Shown here: in pieces, positions 47,097 through 57,669 of the stretch
Position numbering within the stretch: position 1 is the stretch's first letter
How the letters are laid out: every line of letters starts with the position of its first letter
Origin: Candidatus Aminicenantes bacterium
Lineage (GTDB): Bacteria > Acidobacteriota > Aminicenantia > Aminicenantales > CALLJL01
Reading direction: 5' to 3'
NCBI GenBank assembly: GCA_026416195.1
Contig: JAOAFQ010000183.1
Location: 1 to 63,167 of the forward strand
Length of the DNA stretch: 63,167 nucleotides
Made by a program: the position numbers and the translations under genes
The notes under the pieces: model-generated
Told to the model about the DNA's origin: nothing
Database searches by the model: none
What the model saw: the letters and a program-made list of their open reading frames with translations, nothing else

Positions 47097-48821
47097 TTAA
47101 TATAAGCGAAAATATTTAATGATAGGAAAAACAGTCTTTTTTTTGTCGCCTTCCCTTGATTTTAGATAGGAATCGAAAAGGCCCCAACCGACAAAGCCAT
47201 CAGCGGCTTCCGGCTCCAAGCAATAAAAGGCTAAATTAGCTAATGGCTGCTCGAGGGAAACAAGAAAAGAGCCTGGGCTAATCTGACGCTTCTTTATTTG
47301 GACAAAATTTCCTTTAAGAACAGTCATATCATAACCCCAGCGTCTTTCTTTCTCTAAGGAATCAACTATAAACTCTTCGCCGTCGACGATAATTGGCTTA
47401 GAAAGAGAATCTACCTTAATATTATGAAGTCTTAATTTTTCAGCCACCCAGCTAAACTCAGCCGGAATAAGGTAGCCAAGAGGAACCTTGGCTTCTTTTG
47501 TGCCCACTGGTTTAGTCAGATTTTCTACGCCAGAGACAATTTCAGGTTGCCCGAGGGCTTGTGGCTCAACCCCAGCCATCACACTTGTGCCTGGAAGAAG
47601 AAAAGGCCGATTCGAGCGATAGGCTAAAATATCAATTTGTCCCCAGGAGTCATATTTGCCGGCAACGAAATTTTTTAGTTCGCCGCTCGAAGCTTTTTCC
47701 TTAACCAAAAGAACGGTTTCTTCATCTGCTCGACGACAAATTGTCTGCATCTCCAAACCATGCTCATTGGTATATTCAAGAATGGCTGAAATCAAAGCAT
47801 ACTGGGCATAAATTTTGCGTTCAAAATGAACATGACCAGGGGTCTCGGCCAGGATAGACATTCGATTACGCAATCCGTAAGCCGCCGCAATGAATTTCGC
47901 CTCAGTAGTCCACATAGCTAGCTCATGGCTCCAGACTTTTGGTGGCCAACTTTTTTCATCAAAAAGACAATGAGTGAATATTTCAAGGCCGAATTTTTCT
48001 CGCACCGCTTGACGAAGGGCCGGAAACATTACTTCAAAAACATAGCCTCTTGGGCCTGGATGGGCCGTAGGCACGGTAGAAGTGGCATAGCCAATGGCAT
48101 AGCCATGGCTAACCCGGCTCATGGCATGGCCATCATACATTAGAACTGGATCCCAGCGATTAAAAATAGCCCGGTAAAGCCCAGTTACCTCAGGTGTCTC
48201 TATTTTTATCGCGTCCCGGTTGAGATCTAAATTTTGGCTATTAGTTCTTGTCCCAATAAGATGGGGCCAGCCTTCATTTAATCTTAATGCATCGTTCCCG
48301 TCAGGATTAAAATTGGGACAAATAATAATAATTTGATTTTTTAAAAGATCTTTCTTGGAACCAAGAAGAATTTCCCGCATTAAAATGAGCAGGGCTTCTT
48401 TGGCTTCCGCTTCCGGGGGATGAATATTTCCCTGAAGATAAATTACCGGTTTACCTGAAGCTTTAGCCTCCTCAGGTGTAGCTACCCTTGGGTTAGCCAA
48501 AACTACCGCTACCCCAGCTCTTCCCTGAGGGGTCATAAACATGGGAATAATCGTCATTTTGTCACTTCGCCAACGCAATTTGTTAATAAATTCAAGGACT
48601 TCAAGAGAAGAAGAGGTTCGTTCGAAATTAGTTTTCTCAGGAATAGTCAATAATTCCTCAGGCCAATTGCCCCGCCATCCAGCCGGAACTTCATTGCCCC
48701 AATAAATTTTATGGGAAACAGAAGATAAAACCGACGAAAAAGCAAAAGCAATGAGGATAATTGAAGTAATAAAAAATTTTTGGCGCCAGCCGGTCATAAG
48801 CTTTAAAAAAATTACCTTCAT
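47097..48821 (-). CDS. Secreted M14 family metallopeptidase
   Basis: GNIHPPE (HxxE), NPDGN, DLNRD, DGH, ILAET; signal peptide. Confidence 0.85.
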   Translation of the reverse strand: MKVIFLKLMTGWRQKFFITSIILIAFAFSSVLSSVSHKIYWGNEVPAGWRGNWPEELLTIPEKTNFERTSSSLEVLEFINKLRWRSDKMTIIPMFMTPQGRAGVAVVLANPRVATPEEAKASGKPVIYLQGNIHPPEAEAKEALLILMREILLGSKKDLLKNQIIIICPNFNPDGNDALRLNEGWPHLIGTRTNSQNLDLNRDAIKIETPEVTGLYRAIFNRWDPVLMYDGHAMSRVSHGYAIGYATSTVPTAHPGPRGYVFEVMFPALRQAVREKFGLEIFTHCLFDEKSWPPKVWSHELAMWTTEAKFIAAAYGLRNRMSILAETPGHVHFERKIYAQYALISAILEYTNEHGLEMQTICRRADEETVLLVKEKASSGELKNFVAGKYDSWGQIDILAYRSNRPFLLPGTSVMAGVEPQALGQPEIVSGVENLTKPVGTKEAKVPLGYLIPAEFSWVAEKLRLHNIKVDSLSKPIIVDGEEFIVDSLEKERRWGYDMTVLKGNFVQIKKRQISPGSFLVSLEQPLANLAFYCLEPEAADGFVGWGLFDSYLKSREGDKKKTVFPIIKYFRLY

Positions 48822-48932
48822 TGGGCCTCCTTATACCTTAAATTCATAAAATTGTTGGTTATCGCTCAAGCATAACTCGAGCGAGACAAATAATCATAAA
48901 AAAAAGTGGTTGTCAAAGATAATTCAGTTTAA

Positions 48933-50675
48933 TTAATCTAATTCTCGATGCACAATCTGCCCGCCAACTATAGTCAGGATAGATCGGGTATGGCGGATTT
49001 CGCTTACTGGAATTTCAAAAATGTTTTGAGAAAGAATTATCAGGTCCGCTAATTTCCCAGGTTCAATTGACCCTCGGAGTTTTTCTTCATTTAGGGCATA
49101 AGCCCCACCCAGAGTATAAGCGTAAATAGCTTCTTCTAAAGTCAATTTTTCCCGAGGAATCCATCCACCGTGAGGTCGGCCCGTCCAGTCTTCTCTAGTC
49201 ACAGCCATCTGAAGACCAGGCCAAGGATTTAGAGTAACGACTGGCCAGTCACTTCCGAACGCTATCTTTCCTCCGGCCTTAAGAACCGACTTCCAAGGAA
49301 AAGCCCGTTGGACTCGCTCAGGGCCAACGTTTTTTATCCAGGCAGACATCCAAATTGGGTCGGGATTTGCATGAAGGGGTTGAAAACTCGCAATAATGCC
49401 AGGGTGGGCAAACCGAGGGAAATCGTCTGCCGCTACGCATTCAACATGCTCAATTTTATGTCGGAGGTTGACTCGACCGCTTTCCTTCAAAGCCTTTTCA
49501 TAGGCCTCTAAGGTTAACTTTATCGCCCGATCACCAACAGCATGGGTCGAAACCTGAATTCCCCGACGAGTTAATTCAGTTACGGCTTTAAGATAATCAT
49601 CAGGTTCCCAGAAAAGTTTTCCTTTGTTCTCCCCCATCCCTTCATAGGGAGTAAGCATAGCTGCAGTGCCGGCATCGATTACCCCATCTAACATTATCTT
49701 TACTCCCCGAACGGCCAGCCAATGGTCATTATATTTAGCTCTTGCGGCCTCATAAGCTTTAAAATCTTTTTCATTGAGCCCAGGATGGCTGATCGGCATA
49801 GTTACGATTAGTCGAAGGGTTAAAGAGCCTGCCTGTCTAATTTGGTTAAAAAGGTCAAGAACTTCAAATTCACCTCCGAGTCCATGAGCACAAGTTACTC
49901 CCCATTTAGCGGCTTCCTTTAAGCCGGTCCGTAAAGCTTCCAATTTCTCTTCTAGGGTAGGTTCAGGAATTAGCCGGCTAACTAGTCGGCTAGCTCCTTC
50001 TAGGAGAACCCCGGTCGGTTCGCCTTTTTCGTCCCGAACAATTTGGCCATCAGGCGGGTCAGGAGTGTTTCTATCAATTTTGGCCATTTTCAAGGCCAAG
50101 CTGTTAACCCAGGTTGTATGGCCATCGGCACAACGCATGATGGCCGGGCGATCCGGAATAACTTCATCCAGATATTTTCGATGAGGCAAGTTCCCCGGAA
50201 AAGCTGAATACATCCAGCCTCGACCTTGAATCCACGTTAATTCAGGATGGTCAAAGACAAACTTTCTAATCCGAGCCTGAATCTCATCTACTGTTCTAGT
50301 GCCGGCTAGGTCAACTCGGTTCAAATTGAGCGAACCACTTAAAAAATGGACGTGACTATCCTGAAGGCCTGGGAGTCCAAGGCGACCACCAGCCTCGATG
50401 ACTTTAGTTTTCGGACCAATATATTTTTTAACTTGCTCATCGGAACCCACAAATATAATCCATTCACCTTTGATAGCTACAGCCTCAGCCCACGGCTGGT
50501 CTGGATTGACAGTATAAATCTTTGCGTCGGTTATCACTAGCTCTGCCAGTCCAAGATTCCGACAACAGGCAGTTTCTAAAATCAGCCAAAGAAACACTAA
50601 TATAAGGGAGCCATTAAAAAACAATTTTGAAAAAGAGGACTGGTTTTTCCTTGAAATGGTTAGTTTGAAAATCAT
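48933..50675 (-). CDS. Amidohydrolase_3 family (YtcJ-like) metal-dependent hydrolase, probably exported
   Basis: PGLQDSHVH, DGH...NS.AL, K..LDG, HAVGD, IEH, GSDWPV, G.IEPGKLAD; N-terminal hydrophobic segment. Confidence 0.9.
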   Translation of the reverse strand: MIFKLTISRKNQSSFSKLFFNGSLILVFLWLILETACCRNLGLAELVITDAKIYTVNPDQPWAEAVAIKGEWIIFVGSDEQVKKYIGPKTKVIEAGGRLGLPGLQDSHVHFLSGSLNLNRVDLAGTRTVDEIQARIRKFVFDHPELTWIQGRGWMYSAFPGNLPHRKYLDEVIPDRPAIMRCADGHTTWVNSLALKMAKIDRNTPDPPDGQIVRDEKGEPTGVLLEGASRLVSRLIPEPTLEEKLEALRTGLKEAAKWGVTCAHGLGGEFEVLDLFNQIRQAGSLTLRLIVTMPISHPGLNEKDFKAYEAARAKYNDHWLAVRGVKIMLDGVIDAGTAAMLTPYEGMGENKGKLFWEPDDYLKAVTELTRRGIQVSTHAVGDRAIKLTLEAYEKALKESGRVNLRHKIEHVECVAADDFPRFAHPGIIASFQPLHANPDPIWMSAWIKNVGPERVQRAFPWKSVLKAGGKIAFGSDWPVVTLNPWPGLQMAVTREDWTGRPHGGWIPREKLTLEEAIYAYTLGGAYALNEEKLRGSIEPGKLADLIILSQNIFEIPVSEIRHTRSILTIVGGQIVHRELD

Positions 50676-50712
50676 TTTTTCTTATGCTTTTTATTAATCA
50701 ATCTAACTTTTT

Positions 50713-51705
50713 TCAAAGCTCAAATTTAGAGCCTAAATTGAGGCGTTCAGCTGTCTCCAGAATTCGGCAAGCAAGGGCTATATCTTGAGCCGCCAATCCG
50801 ACTGTTTTAAAGAAAGTAATTTCTTCAGCTGAAGTTCGTCCTGGCTTTTGTCCAGATGCTACTTCTCCAATTTCAGCTACAATCGCTTTTTCTGTTATCA
50901 TTCCCTCTTTTAAAGGAATGATTAAATCGCCAGCTTCCTCCAGGGCAGCTTCTTTTTGGTCGACAAAAATTTTGGCTCGGGCGACAGTGGCTGAAGGCAC
51001 TTCTCTAACCTGCGGCTTATAAGAGCCAATAGCATTGATATGGACCCCTGGTTTAATGGCCGAATCAGGAAAAACGGGTGTCGACGAGGTCGTGGCCGTG
51101 GAAATAATCTCAGCTCGTTGACAAGCCTCTTCAGGAGAGGAAGCTACTTCCACTTCAATCCCAAATTTTCCACTTATTTCTTCAGCGAAGGTTTGACTTT
51201 TGGCATAATCAGGGTCGTAAAGATAGACCTTGGTGAGAGAGCGGACAGCTCTAATGGCCTCAAGTTGATATCTGGCTTGAAAGCCAGCGCCAAAAATGGC
51301 GGCAATTTTCGCCTCCTTTCGAGCCAATAGGTCGGTAGCTAACCCACAGGCAGCCCCGGTTCTCAAAGCTGTGAGGTGAGCAGCCTCTAACAGAGCTAAA
51401 GGAGCGCCATTTCGGGCATCAAATATTAGCATTAAAGCATAACTATGAGGAAGGCCAAATAGAGGATTTTTCTCATAGAGATTAATAATCTTTAGCCCAA
51501 TTTTCTCTTTTTCTGGATAATAGGCAGGCATAATTAGAGATGTTCCTTGGTGAGACGCAAGATCAAGATGGGTTCGTTCAGGGACAACCACTTTTTTCTG
51601 AGAAACAAGGATAAAAGCTTCTTTCACTGCCTCGATGGCTTCTTTCATAGAAATAGCTTTTGTTACTTCTTCAGCCCCGAGAAGATGAATTTTAAGGCGA
51701 AACAT
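50713..51705 (-). CDS. Ornithine cyclodeaminase/mu-crystallin family (imine reductase or alanine dehydrogenase-like)
   Basis: MPA, GLK, LTALRTGA, FGAG.QA, HINAIGS, E.GD, FKTVG.A.QD. Confidence 0.9.
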   Translation of the reverse strand: MFRLKIHLLGAEEVTKAISMKEAIEAVKEAFILVSQKKVVVPERTHLDLASHQGTSLIMPAYYPEKEKIGLKIINLYEKNPLFGLPHSYALMLIFDARNGAPLALLEAAHLTALRTGAACGLATDLLARKEAKIAAIFGAGFQARYQLEAIRAVRSLTKVYLYDPDYAKSQTFAEEISGKFGIEVEVASSPEEACQRAEIISTATTSSTPVFPDSAIKPGVHINAIGSYKPQVREVPSATVARAKIFVDQKEAALEEAGDLIIPLKEGMITEKAIVAEIGEVASGQKPGRTSAEEITFFKTVGLAAQDIALACRILETAERLNLGSKFEL

Positions 51706-52052
51706 GATTCTCCTCTTGCCTCATAGGTTTCCCTTTCGGCCGATCTTCCCATAACCTTTCCCCATCTCTCTAATCATCGGCCTCTTCTGTCTCTTTAAGT
51801 TATCATAAGAGCCAAATAAAAAGCTATCGCCTACAATGATTATTAATTTTCTTTCAGGCGAAAGATAGGGTTTGAATTAAGCTAAAAGTAAAAAAATAAA
51901 AAAAATGTTGACAAAATATCTTTTTTGATTTATGTGATTAATCTTTTATGAAATATACAGTATATAATTATTAAAGGTTTTAGCAAAAAATCAAGAGCTA
52001 AGGAAGAAGCCCTTTATTAAGGGTAAAAAATAGATCTAGAAAGGAGGGAAAG

Positions 52053-55000
52053 GTGAAAAAAATTTGGCTGCTTTTCCTATCGCTTGTATTTTTGAGTTCC
52101 TTTTTAGCTGGTCAAGGAACAACTAAAGACACAGGAGCCATTCGCGGATTCGTAAAAGATAATGAAGGTAACCCGCTACCAGGCGTAAGCATTATCATTT
52201 CTGGTCCAGCTATAATGGGCACACGCACGGCAATAACCAATGAGGAAGGTGCTTTCAGAGTTCCTTTGCTTCCCGTTGGTGTTTACTCCATAACCGCTGA
52301 ACTTCAGGGGTTTCAAAAAATTAAGAGAGAAAACGTTGAAGTAACTCTGGGAGGCACAATTACCATAACTATAGAAATGATACCAGCGAAAGTCGAAGAA
52401 GAGGTCGTGGTAACGGCGGCTTCACCAATAGTTGATGTCAAAACCTCGTCGGTGGCTAATGTCTTTAAGTCAGACCTGCTTTTAAATTTACCCATTGGCC
52501 GGGCTTTGGGTAATGTGGTCACTTTAACCCCTGGGGTAGTTAGTGCCGCTAATGTCCGAGGAGGAACCGCGGCCAATACAATTTATCAAGTAGATGGTCT
52601 TTATGCTAATGACCCAGATAATGCCCAGCTCGGAGTTAATGTCGATTTTAACCTTATGGAAGAGGTTAATGTTATCACCGGTGGAATGCCGGCTGAAGTC
52701 GGCATTAGTTCAGGTGGGTTTGTTAATGTCGTGACTAAATCAGGGGGGAATAAATTCTCGGGTCTTTTAGATTTCCGTTACACAGACGACAGTATGTCCA
52801 AACCTGTTATCCCCGAGCCACATCTCCGATCCCTAGGATTAGGCCGACCAACGGTTGACCTTTATAATTATAACATGTCTGGCAGCCTCGGCGGTCCAAT
52901 TATTAAGGATAAGCTCTGGTTTTTTGCCAACGGTCGCTATGGCAAGAGTGAAACACCAAGTGGCTTTGTCAAGTGGACAGCCCCAACAGGGGTGACTTAT
53001 GATGAATTTAATCGCACTGCTTGGAATTGGGGCTCTTTTCTCAAATTAACCTTCCAGCCAACGCAGAATCTTAGGCTAGTTCTTAATGGCAATATCCTAG
53101 AAACTTATAGAAACACCAGAGCCAGCGGTCTTTATATGCCTTTTGATTGCCATTATCATGACGATCCCTGGGGAAATTATAATGGTTTCGGAGCCCTTAC
53201 GTGGATTGTTGATCCTAACACTATTGTTGAATTCCGCGGTGGCTATTTAATTGTGAGCGCTTGGTTAACCTTGGTGAGGTCTGAGCTAGACAATGTAGCC
53301 TATAATTATGATGCTTATACTGGTTATTACTTTGGCACTGGTTATCGTACTAATGAATGGATTGGCCGTCCCTCTAAACAAGCTTCGGTTCATTTGACGC
53401 GCTTCCAGGACAATCTTCTTGGTGGTGACCACGAAATCAAAGCTGGGTTAGAAGTAGTAACGGGTGCTTGTAACTGGTCTTCTTGGAAGAAAAATCCATT
53501 GGGTATAACCTGGTATAATGGAAATCCTTATTACTGGCGTGGCGTTTATGGCTTGAACGAGCCTCATCCCACTTATGGCGATGGCCAAATTCTTCTCTAT
53601 GTTATGGGGCAAACCAGGGAAAACAGCATGGCCAAGTCGGCCAATGTTCGTTACTCAGCTTATTTCCAAGATTCTTGGACCATAAAGCATCGGCTCACCT
53701 TAAATGTGGGACTCCGCTATGACCTCGAGCGTGGTTGGATTCCAGATATTTACAAAGAAAAAAGCGGGGGTATTGCCTATTCAGTGGGTGAAGCTACCTT
53801 AAAAACTCAGTGGGGTTTAAATCCCTATGATGAGTTTAGGCAGGATGGGGTGGATGATTTTATCAAATGGAGCTTGTTCACCCCTCGACTTGGGGCCACT
53901 TTTGATGTTTTTGGCAACGGGAAGACAGCAATCAAATTGCACATTGGTCGATTTTCCAATTGGTTGTATTCATCTTTCTTTGTAAGTTATAACCCAATCC
54001 GATTAAGTTCTTATACCTTTAATTGGTGGGATCTTAATGGCAATAGAATTCCAGACGAAGCTGGCATCGACCGGTATGTGGTGGTAACTACCCGCAGCCC
54101 ACTAGTAATGTTGCGAGATTATTGGAGTCGCTTAGTAGATAAAAACCTTAAAGCCACTTTTGATGACCAGATTACCATTGGCCTTGACCATGAACTCTTT
54201 CCTAATTTTCGACTAGGGCTGAGTTTTCAATATAAACATAAAAAGAACATAGTTGACGATGGACTATATGACTTCAATACCGGTAAAACTTGGTATATGC
54301 CTGGCTCTGAGTTTTGGGTTCCCTTTACCACCACTGTCCCAGCTATTGACCAATTTCCGGCCGCCCAGGTAACTTTGTATTTTCCGACCAAGAATGCCCC
54401 AGAAATGTTACGGCTACTGACCAACATTCCTGAGGCTTATCGAAAATACTGGGGATTTGATATTACTTTTGAGAAACGTTTTTCTCGCGGCTGGCACCTC
54501 GGTGGTTCAGTTACCCTTTCTAAAGTTTGGGGAAATCACCCTGGAGACTACGGAAATATCTTTGGTTACGCAGGCACAGGAAATACAGCTAACTGGGTGG
54601 TTAATTCGGAAGGGCGTTTAGGAGAAGACCGTCCTTTAGTTATTAAGGTTTATGGAACATTTAACTTACCCTATGGTTTTGTAGCTTCCTTCTATTACAA
54701 TCATTACAGTGGCACGCCGTGGCAGCGTACGGCCACCATTTATGTACCTTCGGCCTGGGCTGCAGCCAATAATGTTGATACAGTCAGGGGCGCTTCTTAT
54801 TCTGTCAACGTAGAACCTCAAGGCAGTCGGAGGAACTACACCTTCCAGAACTGTGATGCTCGAATAGACAAAAAATTCAGCCTGTCTCGGTTTGGTTATT
54901 TTGCCTTAATTTTTGAGGTCTATAATCTTTTTGGGACCCACTACGTTAATGTAACTCAGAACCCAGGTGGCACGTGGCGGCCAGTGGATAACAACACCAC

Positions 55001-55097
55001 AGTAGGCACTTTTAGTGCTTCCGGAACTTATAAGCGAGTGACCAGCGTCAGCAATTTGTCGCGGACCTTCCAGTTATCTCTCCGTTACGGCTTCTAA
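52053..55097 (+). CDS. TonB-dependent receptor, Oar/CarboxypepD_reg type
   Basis: Signal peptide, G.PLPGV, plug GG.PAE.G...GG.VNVVTKSGGN, GGPIIKDKLWFF, NVGLRYD, PRLG, C-terminal YGF; GTG start with GGAGGG RBS. Confidence 0.92.
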   Translation: MKKIWLLFLSLVFLSSFLAGQGTTKDTGAIRGFVKDNEGNPLPGVSIIISGPAIMGTRTAITNEEGAFRVPLLPVGVYSITAELQGFQKIKRENVEVTLGGTITITIEMIPAKVEEEVVVTAASPIVDVKTSSVANVFKSDLLLNLPIGRALGNVVTLTPGVVSAANVRGGTAANTIYQVDGLYANDPDNAQLGVNVDFNLMEEVNVITGGMPAEVGISSGGFVNVVTKSGGNKFSGLLDFRYTDDSMSKPVIPEPHLRSLGLGRPTVDLYNYNMSGSLGGPIIKDKLWFFANGRYGKSETPSGFVKWTAPTGVTYDEFNRTAWNWGSFLKLTFQPTQNLRLVLNGNILETYRNTRASGLYMPFDCHYHDDPWGNYNGFGALTWIVDPNTIVEFRGGYLIVSAWLTLVRSELDNVAYNYDAYTGYYFGTGYRTNEWIGRPSKQASVHLTRFQDNLLGGDHEIKAGLEVVTGACNWSSWKKNPLGITWYNGNPYYWRGVYGLNEPHPTYGDGQILLYVMGQTRENSMAKSANVRYSAYFQDSWTIKHRLTLNVGLRYDLERGWIPDIYKEKSGGIAYSVGEATLKTQWGLNPYDEFRQDGVDDFIKWSLFTPRLGATFDVFGNGKTAIKLHIGRFSNWLYSSFFVSYNPIRLSSYTFNWWDLNGNRIPDEAGIDRYVVVTTRSPLVMLRDYWSRLVDKNLKATFDDQITIGLDHELFPNFRLGLSFQYKHKKNIVDDGLYDFNTGKTWYMPGSEFWVPFTTTVPAIDQFPAAQVTLYFPTKNAPEMLRLLTNIPEAYRKYWGFDITFEKRFSRGWHLGGSVTLSKVWGNHPGDYGNIFGYAGTGNTANWVVNSEGRLGEDRPLVIKVYGTFNLPYGFVASFYYNHYSGTPWQRTATIYVPSAWAAANNVDTVRGASYSVNVEPQGSRRNYTFQNCDARIDKKFSLSRFGYFALIFEVYNLFGTHYVNVTQNPGGTWRPVDNNTTVGTFSASGTYKRVTSVSNLSRTFQLSLRYGF

Positions 55098-55113
55098 ATT
55101 CAGTTAAAATTTT

Positions 55114-55158
55114 AGGGGGGAGAGAAAATTAAAATTATCTCCCCCCTTATTTCTATTT
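55114..55158 (+). terminator. Terminator hairpin after TonB receptor 2 (possibly bidirectional)
   Basis: aggggggaga...tctcccccct 10-bp stem followed by T-rich tatttctattt; lies between convergent genes. Confidence 0.8.
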
Positions 55159-55190
55159 TCCTATTTTCCAAAGGACAGTCTGAAATCATT

Positions 55191-56753
55191 TTATTGTGGT
55201 CTTCTTAGAGATTGAGCGGAGGGACAGAGAGCTAGCCCCCCTAAAGAAGTCACTTTAAGTTCAGGAGGCAACATCTTACCCACCTCATAAACAGCATCGA
55301 TGGTTTCATCAAAAGGGATTGGGTTATCATAGCCACCATTAATCAAATCAGCGCAAACAAAAGCGGAAGCTGCGGCTATAGCATTCCGTGTATGACAAGG
55401 AATTTCGCAAAAACCTTGAACTAAATCACAAACAGAGCCCATGGAGTTCTGAAAAGAAATTGCAGCCGCATCAAAAGCTTCTTTGGCTCCGCCGCCGACA
55501 GCTTCAATGACTGCAGCCGCTCCCATTGCCCCAGCAGCTCCAATTTCAACTTGACAACCCGCAACTTCGGCCGCAAAGGTTGCCCGATAACCCACAACTA
55601 GACCCACAGCGCCAGCAGCTGCCAAAGCTTCAATCATTTTCTCTCTAGCTATTCCCTTATCTTCTAAAAGAGTAACTATTATTCCAGGCAAAGTCCCAGC
55701 TGAGCCAGCAGTCGGAGCGGCGCAAACGACGCCCATCGAAGCCGCCGTATGTTGGGCTGCCATCGCCCGAGCTGAGGCTCTCGTCAACAAGCCACCGATT
55801 AATTTTCCTTCTTTTTCAGCTTGATAGATGAATCTAGCTTTAGGTTTTAAGAGTTGAAGAGTAAGATTATCTTTTAAACCCGAAGCAACCGATTGTTTCA
55901 TTATTTCCAGACGCTGAGCTAGTTGTTGCCTGATTTCGTTCTCTTTCAAATTTAATAGTTCACTTTCATAAGTTATAGCTAATTTTCCTAGGCTTTTCTT
56001 TTGTTTGACTGCCAATTCTATCGCCTCTGCGGCTGACCTGAAGAGAGGTTCACCCGAGACCACCGGCATCAATGGAGGAATTATTTTAAAGTCTTTTAAA
56101 TTAAAATAAGATTTAATTTTCTCAAGGGTCTTAGAGGAAATCTTTTTTGTGCAAGTTAAGTGCCATAAGCTGATGTCCGTGTTTTCACTTACTTTAATTT
56201 CAGAACATTTCAGTGGTAAAGAATTTAAAAAATTAACTACGATTTTGTTTTTTTTCTTAGGTAATTCAAATAAATATTCATAGCTATCACCCCTTAGTTT
56301 AACAGGCCAGCCATTAATTTCAATTATTTCGACCATCCCGCCACCAACTGACTTTCCCTTCAAACTGATTTTCTGCCTGAATTTATTCTCGATCTCAATT
56401 TTGACAAAATTAGGATGATCAGCCTCAGGGATAGACTGGATTTCAAAGCTCAAATCCAGACCTGATTCAGCGGCTAAATGGAGAGCTTGGGCAAATCGCT
56501 CATCAGTGATTTCCCAGCCTAGAAGCCCGGCGGCAAAACCTAAGTCGGATTTTTGCTGACGAAAGACTCGAGCGTAGGAACCTTTTTTGTCGAAAATTAT
56601 TTTAACCTTAAGGGGAGTATCGCCTACGATGGACCGAGCTAGGCGACCGAGATAATAAGAACCCGCGGTGTGAGAGCTAGAAGGGCCTCTAATTACTGGC
56701 CCCAAGACATGGTTTAAAATGCTTAGCTTAATTGTCTCTTTTAAGCTTTTCAT
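55191..56753 (-). CDS. Fe-S L-serine dehydratase, single-chain fusion of beta (SdhB), ACT-like and alpha (SdhA) domains
   Basis: GPVIRGPSSSHTAG, HPN, S.GGG (beta); APTAGSAG, AE..GCQ.E, CD...G..EIPC..RN (alpha, three Fe-S Cys). Confidence 0.88.
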   Translation of the reverse strand: MKSLKETIKLSILNHVLGPVIRGPSSSHTAGSYYLGRLARSIVGDTPLKVKIIFDKKGSYARVFRQQKSDLGFAAGLLGWEITDERFAQALHLAAESGLDLSFEIQSIPEADHPNFVKIEIENKFRQKISLKGKSVGGGMVEIIEINGWPVKLRGDSYEYLFELPKKKNKIVVNFLNSLPLKCSEIKVSENTDISLWHLTCTKKISSKTLEKIKSYFNLKDFKIIPPLMPVVSGEPLFRSAAEAIELAVKQKKSLGKLAITYESELLNLKENEIRQQLAQRLEIMKQSVASGLKDNLTLQLLKPKARFIYQAEKEGKLIGGLLTRASARAMAAQHTAASMGVVCAAPTAGSAGTLPGIIVTLLEDKGIAREKMIEALAAAGAVGLVVGYRATFAAEVAGCQVEIGAAGAMGAAAVIEAVGGGAKEAFDAAAISFQNSMGSVCDLVQGFCEIPCHTRNAIAAASAFVCADLINGGYDNPIPFDETIDAVYEVGKMLPPELKVTSLGGLALCPSAQSLRRPQ

Positions 56754-56835
56754 TCGCCAGGACCTAAAAATAAAAAATTGGGGTTTTTTCCTTTACACCG
56801 CTTTTAATTTATTGAACCAATTTTTCCTGACTAAT

Positions 56836-57669
56836 TTAATCGAGCTTTATTCTGTTTATAGAATAAGCTAAAGGAATAATTATTTTCGTGCCCTTCATTT
56901 TTTCTTGAATCAGTTTTTCCAATTCCTGATATTGCCGAGATGAACCATGCAGAGCGACGACAACTTTCACTTTGAGATCACGGGCCATGTTGAAGGCAGC
57001 TTGAGGCGATGCGGTCGGCGAAGGCTCACCGGCAGGAAGAAAGGCCAAATCAGCTGAAAGCCCAGAAAGAGGAACGTAGTCAGAATCACCCCCATGAAAG
57101 ATTGTTAAATCGCCAATTGTGAGATGATAAAGCATAATTGGCCCGACATGGCTCCCTTTTATTGCTTTAACTGTAATATTCCCTAATTGAAAAGGCTTAT
57201 CAGGCGAGGCCACAACGAGCTTATCAGTTGGAATTTCTCCTTTCAATCGGTTAATGACATTGGCTTCGGCTAAAATAGTTGCCCCACTAGCTTTAAACAA
57301 AGAAAGTGTTCTCGATGGATGAAAATGATCATAATGATCATGGGTAAAAAGGATTAAGCTGATGGCGCCTAGAGGAATGGCTCTAATATCCTCCTCTTTA
57401 ATTTTATCAGCTGGATCAATGATAATTGCTTCTTGAGCTGTTCTGATAATAACCCCTGAGTAGCCTAAATATTGAAAAGCCACCTCATTTTTTTCCAAAA
57501 CATAAGCCAAGAGACTCTTGATTTCTTCAGTCATCATAGCTGAGGCCCCCTTAAACAAATTATTTGAAGCTTTTATGCCTAAAAAACCAATAATCAGCCA
57601 TAAACATATTCCAATTATCCAACCTCGACTTTCTAATGACTTCATTTTTACCCCCTCATAATAAACCAT
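56836..57669 (-). CDS. Metallo-beta-lactamase-fold hydrolase (UlaG-like) with N-terminal membrane anchor
   Basis: IIDP, THDHYDH, H, FHGGD, ALHG. Start may be ATG 57645. Confidence 0.85.
   Translation of the reverse strand: MVYYEGVKMKSLESRGWIIGICLWLIIGFLGIKASNNLFKGASAMMTEEIKSLLAYVLEKNEVAFQYLGYSGVIIRTAQEAIIIDPADKIKEEDIRAIPLGAISLILFTHDHYDHFHPSRTLSLFKASGATILAEANVINRLKGEIPTDKLVVASPDKPFQLGNITVKAIKGSHVGPIMLYHLTIGDLTIFHGGDSDYVPLSGLSADLAFLPAGEPSPTASPQAAFNMARDLKVKVVVALHGSSRQYQELEKLIQEKMKGTKIIIPLAYSINRIKLD

Noticed and set aside
51721-51777. 18-codon minus-strand ORF (MIREMGKGYGKIGRKGNL) and a ggccgat/atcggcc stem upstream of the ocd-like gene
   Set aside because: Weak RBS, no run of regulatory codons and no terminator, so no support for attenuation
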